A stretch of 63,859 bases of DNA, counting the filler, from Octopus bimaculoides (taxonomy: Eukaryota): the NCBI RefSeq assembly GCF_001194135.2. It is 6 parts of 6 records of this genome, joined end to end, with 100 filler letters (N's around TTAATTAATTAA, not from the genome) between each part and the next. Parts side by side here need not be neighbours in the genome. Positions count along the whole stretch, not along the records: positions 55,442 to 61,965 come from NC_068986.1; positions 62,066 to 63,859 come from NW_026313226.1; 4 more parts are not named here. The stretch is one strand, 5' to 3'. The position numbers and the translations under genes are program-made. Shown here in pieces: positions 60,136 to 63,859 of the stretch (position 1 is the stretch's first letter; every line of letters starts with the position of its first letter). A model generated the notes under the pieces. That model saw only the letters and a list, made by a program, of their open reading frames with translations, was not told the origin of the DNA and ran no database searches.

Positions 60136-61211
60136 GTGTGTGTGTGTGTGTGTGCGCGTGTTTAAAATGTACATATCATTAGAAGTAAACCTACAGATTG
60201 AGGGAAAATAGAAACGACCACTTTGCTGCACCTAGTCACAAATACAAATGTGTGTAAGCAGATACGAAACGCTAACCATTAAAATAAAACTTAGGAGGGC
60301 GTGAGTTAACAAACTATCGAAGTTTCGAGTATCAATGAGGATAGTGGGGTATGCAGACGAGGTAACAGTAAATATATACACATCTACTTTCATATGTAGT
60401 TCAAAATAATACATAAAAAAAAAAGACAGAGAAAAGTGAAGGAATAACAAACAGGGTGTATTATTTTGACGCTCAGAAAAAATGGAAGAAACGTTTGGCG
60501 TTTCGAAGAGAATGAGGAGAGAAAACAGAAGGAGAGAGTTAAAAATGGAGAGATAAAAATCGTCTCTGGATTAACGGTTGCTCATGTTGAATTGACTGGA
60601 AGGAAAATTATATAAGCATTCATATTGGCACACAAATACACTTGAGGCGGAATGACAAACCTTTTTAGTTATTTCGTATTATTGTTTTATTTAATGAATC
60701 ATAAATTGATAAAGTGGAGGCGTTACAGCTGTGATTATCTCGTCTTTCATTGGGTGGATGGATCACTTAATCCGATGCAGATTTCCTTCTTTAGATAGTA
60801 GAGTATGGTTTGAGAGAGATTTGGTTGCTATTTCTTGCAGGTCGAGTGACCACGTTGACGCTCTGTTGCCGGCTCTCCACCCCCGACGACTGTCTAAATG
60901 AGGTGTAATACGTAACCTTAAACAGCACTTATTGCCCTGTAAGGCAGGACGTTTACTGGAATTAAACGTGACACCATTAACATAGATAATTAAAAGACAA
61001 TGACAGCGATATAACACATCAATGGAGACACTGCAACACTAATATTGACGAGTATAATACGATACATTGCCTTGTGATATCTGATCCAGCTTTCTGCACT
61101 TCAAGTTCAAATACCGTTGAAATTAACTTCGCTTTTCATTCTGCCGAATCGAGGTCGATAAATTAACTACCAGTCCATACTTGCATCAGTTTTTCTTCCA
61201 GTTTCTCTTCT

Positions 61212-61260
<49 letters not shown>

Positions 61261-61561
61261 TATGTTACTCAAAGCTCTATTCCTGTCACATACTATTCAC
61301 ATTGATTCATCCGGAGAATTACGTTAATGTTACTCGTGTCTGTGGAATACTCAGTCACTTACAGGTCAATTTCAAATGCACCTTCGTTGTGTCTTTTCTA
61401 TAAGTTATTTCATGATCATTGCTTTTATGAACTTTCTCGTCTGGTATTTACTGTCAAGACCTTCCTTCCACGTGTTATCCGCTTCACTTCCCAGTTGCAT
61501 CGCTTCTCTTTTGAGTTTCCTGTTACTCATAAGTTCTTTTATTCTAATAGCTTCTTTCCAC

Positions 61562-61958
61562 TGTGGAAGCGCAATGGCCCAGTGGTTAGAGCAGGGAACT
61601 TGCGGTCATAGGATCGTGGTTTCGATTCCCAGACCGGGCGTTGTGAGTGTTTATTGAGCGAAAACACCTAAAAGCTCCACGAAGCTCTGTCAGGGGATGG
61701 TGGCGAACCCTGCTGTATTCTTTCACCACAACTTTCTCTCACCCTTTCTTCCTGTTTCTGTTGTACCTGTATTTCAAAGGGTCAGCCTTGTCACACTGTG
61801 TCACGCTGAATATCCCCCGAGAACTACGTTAAGGGTACACGTGTCTGTGGAATACTCAGCCACTTGCACGTTAATTTCACGAGCAGGCTGTTCTGTTGAT
61901 CGGATCAACTGGAACCCTCGACGTCGTAAGCGACGGAGTGCCAACAACAACAACTTCT
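61562..61958 (+). mobile_element. SINE family D, full length, (CAA)n tail
   Basis: A box TGGCCCAGTGG, B box GGTTTCGATTCC, shared 3' module, end GGAACCCTCGACGTCGTAAGCGACGGAGTGC followed by CAA repeats. Confidence 0.85.
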
Positions 61959-62065
61959 TTCCACTNNNNNNNNNNNNNNNNNNNNNNNNNNNNNNNNNNN
62001 NNNNNNNNNTTAATTAATTAANNNNNNNNNNNNNNNNNNNNNNNNNNNNNNNNNNNNNNNNNNNN

Positions 62066-62195
62066 TCCGCCGAGGTTGACTTTGCCTTTCATCCTTTCGG
62101 GGTCGATTAAGTAAGAGTTGTGTACTGGGTTCGATCTAATCGACAGGCCCCCTCCCCAAAAATTTCGATGTTTGTGCCTAGAGTAGAAAAGGATT
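62066..62195 (+). mobile_element. SINE family C 3' half
   Basis: CCGAGGTTGACTTTGCCTTTCATCCTTTCGGGGTCGAT...TGTGCCTAGAGTAGAAAAG. Confidence 0.85.
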
Positions 62196-62735
62196 TACTA
62201 AGTAGCTGAATATTCCATTGTCTCTTGTATCGTTCACGCTTCTTTTAGCATCCTTCATCTTTTCAACAGAATCTAAAAGATGACAGACCTGGTCATAACT
62301 ACATATAAACACGAACATACACATAAATAATATGTGAATGCACGCGTGTGTGAATACGTGTGTGTGTATGCTCGCATATTCAATTCATTCGTAAGTAACG
62401 GCTCCTTGCGTTGCTAGATACAGTATGTCGCTAAAGGCTCACACGATGAGAGAAAACTTGGCCACGTAAGATATGGCTGCTTTGAAAAAGAAAAGGAAAG
62501 AAAAAAGCAGAAAACTTGACTATAAAGTCAAGTTTTATGCGATTCCTCGTGCAAACAGATCTTAATTTCTGAACTATTCTGTATTCAGATATACTTTGTT
62601 ATATTCCCATCAGCTTTTATCCTCAAGGAAACAATGTAGAAATGACATTTATTGCGACGAATCTTACAACACTATAACTCTCCTGTGTTTACATACCTTC
62701 ATATACATACATACATACATAAAGACATACAAACA

Positions 62736-62779
<44 letters not shown>

Positions 62780-63859
62780 NNNNNNNNNNNNNNNNNNNNN
62801 NNNNNNNNNNNNNNNNNNNNNNNNNNNNNNNNNNNNNNNNNNNNNNNNNNNNNNNNNNNNNNNNNNNNNNNNNNNNNNNNNNNNNNNNNNNNNNNNNNNN
62901 NNNNNNNNNNNNNNNNNNNNNNNNNNNNNNNNNNNNNNNNNNNNNNNNNNNNNNNNNNNNNNNNNNNNNNNNNNNNNNNNNNNNNNNNNNNNNNNNNNNN
63001 NNNNNNNNNNNNNNNNNNNNNNNNNNNNNNNNNNNNNNNNNNNNNNNNNNNNNNNNNNNNNNNNNNNNNNNNNNNNNNNNNNNNNNNNNNNNNNNNNNNN
63101 NNNNNNNNNNNNNNNNNNNNNNNNNNNNNNNNNNNNNNNNNNNNNNNNNNNNNNNNNNNNNNNNNNNNNNNNNNNNNNNNNNNNNNNNNNNNNNNNNNNN
63201 NNNNNNNNNNNNNNNNNNNNNNNNNNNNNNNNNNNNNNNNNNNNNNNNNNNNNNNNNNNNNNNNNNNNNNNNNNNNNNNNNNNNNNNNNNNNNNNNNNNN
63301 NNNNNNNNNNNNNNNNNNNNNNNNNNNNNNNNNNNNNNNNNNNNNNNNNNNNNNNNNNNNNNNNNNNNNNNNNNNNNNNNNNNNNNNNNNNNNNNNNNNN
63401 NNNNNNNNNNNNNNNTATATATATATATATATATATATGTACAGATTTATCTTAGGACCTATATCTGATTTATATTTCTGTATGTATGCGTATGTTTCTT
63501 GTGTGTTCATGTATATTTGTATGTGTGTGCAAGTGTTTAAGTTATCTTTATTCGTTAGTTGTATGTGGCTATGAATATGGGTGTATGTATATATGTTACA
63601 TTTTTATGTATGCGAAAGCTTCTCAATTATTGCTTTTGCGGTATAGATAAAATCTTCGTTTACTGCGTCAGCATGTTAACCTTAAAATATATTTATCATA
63701 TTTGTGAAAATAATTCTTATTTTTATTCCTGCCTCTGTCTACATTCAAGAAGAGATGTTGACATAGATAAAAGAAAAGTTCAGTACGTTAACAGTGAGCC
63801 AATGACGTGTAGTTACTATAAACAATCCAAACAGCAGATAGATAGATAGATAGATACAT

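Noticed and set aside
61562-61640. tRNA-like A/B-box heads (also 47530-47610, 57530-57590, 43190-43270)
   Set aside because: No complete cloverleaf, and each continues into a SINE body; these are SINE heads, not tRNA genes.

Overview
AT-rich, microsatellite-rich, gapped eukaryotic scaffold. The repeat repertoire (tRNA-derived SINE families, RTE LINEs, piggyBac MITE) looks like a coleoid cephalopod, probably Octopus; that is an inference, not a database result. The only host gene I can support is UMP synthase (UMPS, bifunctional OPRT-OMP decarboxylase) on the minus strand. Four exons (14540-14437, 9604-9436, 9088-8957, 5998-5865) splice by GT-AG in frame into 179 codons spanning the OPRT C-terminus, the linker and the ODC N-terminal half. 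Its first and last exons are not visible. The rest is transposon-derived. It includes two Helitron RepHel pseudogenes (one about 7-8 kb, with STPR-like 23-aa repeats and tandem arrays, joined to a complete non-autonomous Helitron), a 1.25-kb Tc1/mariner element with DD36E spacing (Incomer-type), a piggyBac fragment, several RTE fragments (one with a foldback inversion, one Rex3/Expander-like), a SAP-domain TIR element, a 1-kb foldback element with a 6-bp TSD and internal TTAGGG repeats, and about 25 SINE copies. Most ORFs in the supplied track are artefacts of N-gaps or microsatellites. I found no convincing wholly new biological system; the best leads are unusual mobile elements and an inverted-SINE arrangement around three UMPS exons.
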